The position numbers and the translations under genes were made by a program. Shown here one piece after another: positions 62,864-64,000 of a stretch of 64,000 nt of DNA. Below the pieces are notes generated by a model. That model was not told the origin of the DNA, did not search any database, and was given only the letters and a program-made list of their open reading frames with translations. Origin of the DNA: Selaginella moellendorffii (lineage: Eukaryota; Plantae; Lycopodiophyta); contig NW_003314323.1 of the NCBI RefSeq assembly GCF_000143415.4, forward strand, positions 1 to 64,000. Direction: 5' to 3'. Each line of letters opens with the position of its first letter. Position 1 is the stretch's first letter.

Positions 62864-63005
62864 CACACGACACGAATTCTTCGCGAATAAAACTCTTCGA
62901 GAGAAAACGAAGATCACCGAGGTGAAAAGAAGAATTTTTATGTACTCTGGATTGATTGCCGCGAAAGAAAATCTATGGCTACTATGTTACACGAAAGCTG
63001 GTTTT

Positions 63006-64000
63006 TCAGTGTGAGACCACTGAGCTCTCGCTCGCTCCAGGTTGTGATAGTTTGAGCCGTCTTTTGGGTGAGACAGTCGCGTTGTTACACGTAACTTCGC
63101 TCGTTTCTTCCGTGTGATCTTCCTCGTGATCCAGTGGCCTTTTCGTCTTTGGCACTGCGAGGCGTGGATTCGCCGCCGCCTCGGCAACGACTTCGTCGCG
63201 TTTGGAAGAACAAGTGGCCTCTGGTTCTCCCTTGTCCTCGCTTTGAATGCTCTTGGTTTGTGTGTGTTTGAGCTTGAGCTCGCCGTCGTGCATTAGCTGG
63301 AGGCGAGCTTCGATCTGGAGCTGGAGCTGGCGTTGGATCTGTGAGGAAAACACACGCAAGCATGTGAAATCCATCCAGGGAAAAAAAAAGGAAGAGCAAT
63401 AAAAACCTCTATGGTTTCGTGAAGTCGCCGCTGGACTTCCATTTGCAGTCGGAGGTTTTCCGTCACCCTGCGATACCAGAAGTTGTGATTCTCCAAGAAA
63501 ACTGAGCGAGCGAGAGAAAAGAAAAACGAGAGTGGAAGATCACTTACGCTGTGGTTTCGGCCAACTTGTTCAATGTGAGCTTCTTCTTCTCGGGCTTGGG
63601 AGCTGTGACACCAAAGAGATGATATAAAACACGGAATGGGGAATGGAAACAAGCTCACCTCCTTCGGGGTCCTCAGGGATTTGCTTGTTAAGTCGATACT
63701 TCTGTAGGTAAGAACACAACGCTTAATCGTCACACTCTATGCTGCATTGCTACTTTCACCTGGAGATGGCTCTTGACGTGGTAAATGGTGATCTCCGGCA
63801 CCGCCATGACGCTAAGAACCGACTTTGGGGTAGCAGCTGCAAGAGCGATCGATCGATCAAATCCAAAAAAAAACGAGCAAGAACATCCAAAAACTTGCTT
63901 ACTTTCGGGGCCGCCGAGGAGAGCCACAGCCTCCACGAATCGCTGGTGAAGCTCCGGCGTCCACCGCAAGCGCTGCTTGAGATTCGGAGAGATTCCACTC
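63006..64000 (-). CDS. PHR1-like MYB-CC (GARP) transcription factor; 5' end may lie beyond the window
   Basis: KQRLRWTPELHQRFVEAV..LGG, ATPKSVL, IYHVKSHLQKYR, LQMEVQRRLHETIE.QRQLQLQIEA. Confidence 0.92.

Overview
Eukaryotic plant genomic DNA. Very short GT-AG introns (38-60 nt), tight gene packing and a PLS-type PPR fragment suggest a lycophyte such as Selaginella (inference). (1) 1-~8040: a probable mobile element. It carries one large multi-exon gene (~1,640 aa after splicing) that appears to fuse a ParB/Srx-like domain, a degenerate N6/N4 DNA-methyltransferase-like domain, an acidic tract and an FCP1/HAD-like domain. The segment is studded with ~15 copies of a 22-bp dyad, ATGGCRTGWG-NN-CWCAYGCCAT, several of which sit at intron branch-point positions. 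(2) 8041-16550: a decayed chromovirus LTR element, a SWIM-finger remnant and a pol fragment. (3) 16550-47400: a rearranged, triplicated defence-like cluster. It holds a head-to-head pair of intact, intronless non-RD receptor kinases with Kiwellin ectodomains, a secreted microbial-type 3D-domain gene, two LTR-disrupted receptor copies and TOP1 gene fragments, arranged partly as a large inverted duplication. (4) 47400-57000: AT-rich TE debris, a foldback element and a Ty3/gypsy element with a tRNA-Ala-like PBS, 4-bp TSD and a -1 frameshift pseudoknot. (5) 57700-64000: compact housekeeping genes (DCC oxidoreductase, Cwf18/CCDC12, tail-anchored coiled-coil protein, ArfGAP, MYB-CC). All domain calls come from motif recognition by eye; no database searches were run.
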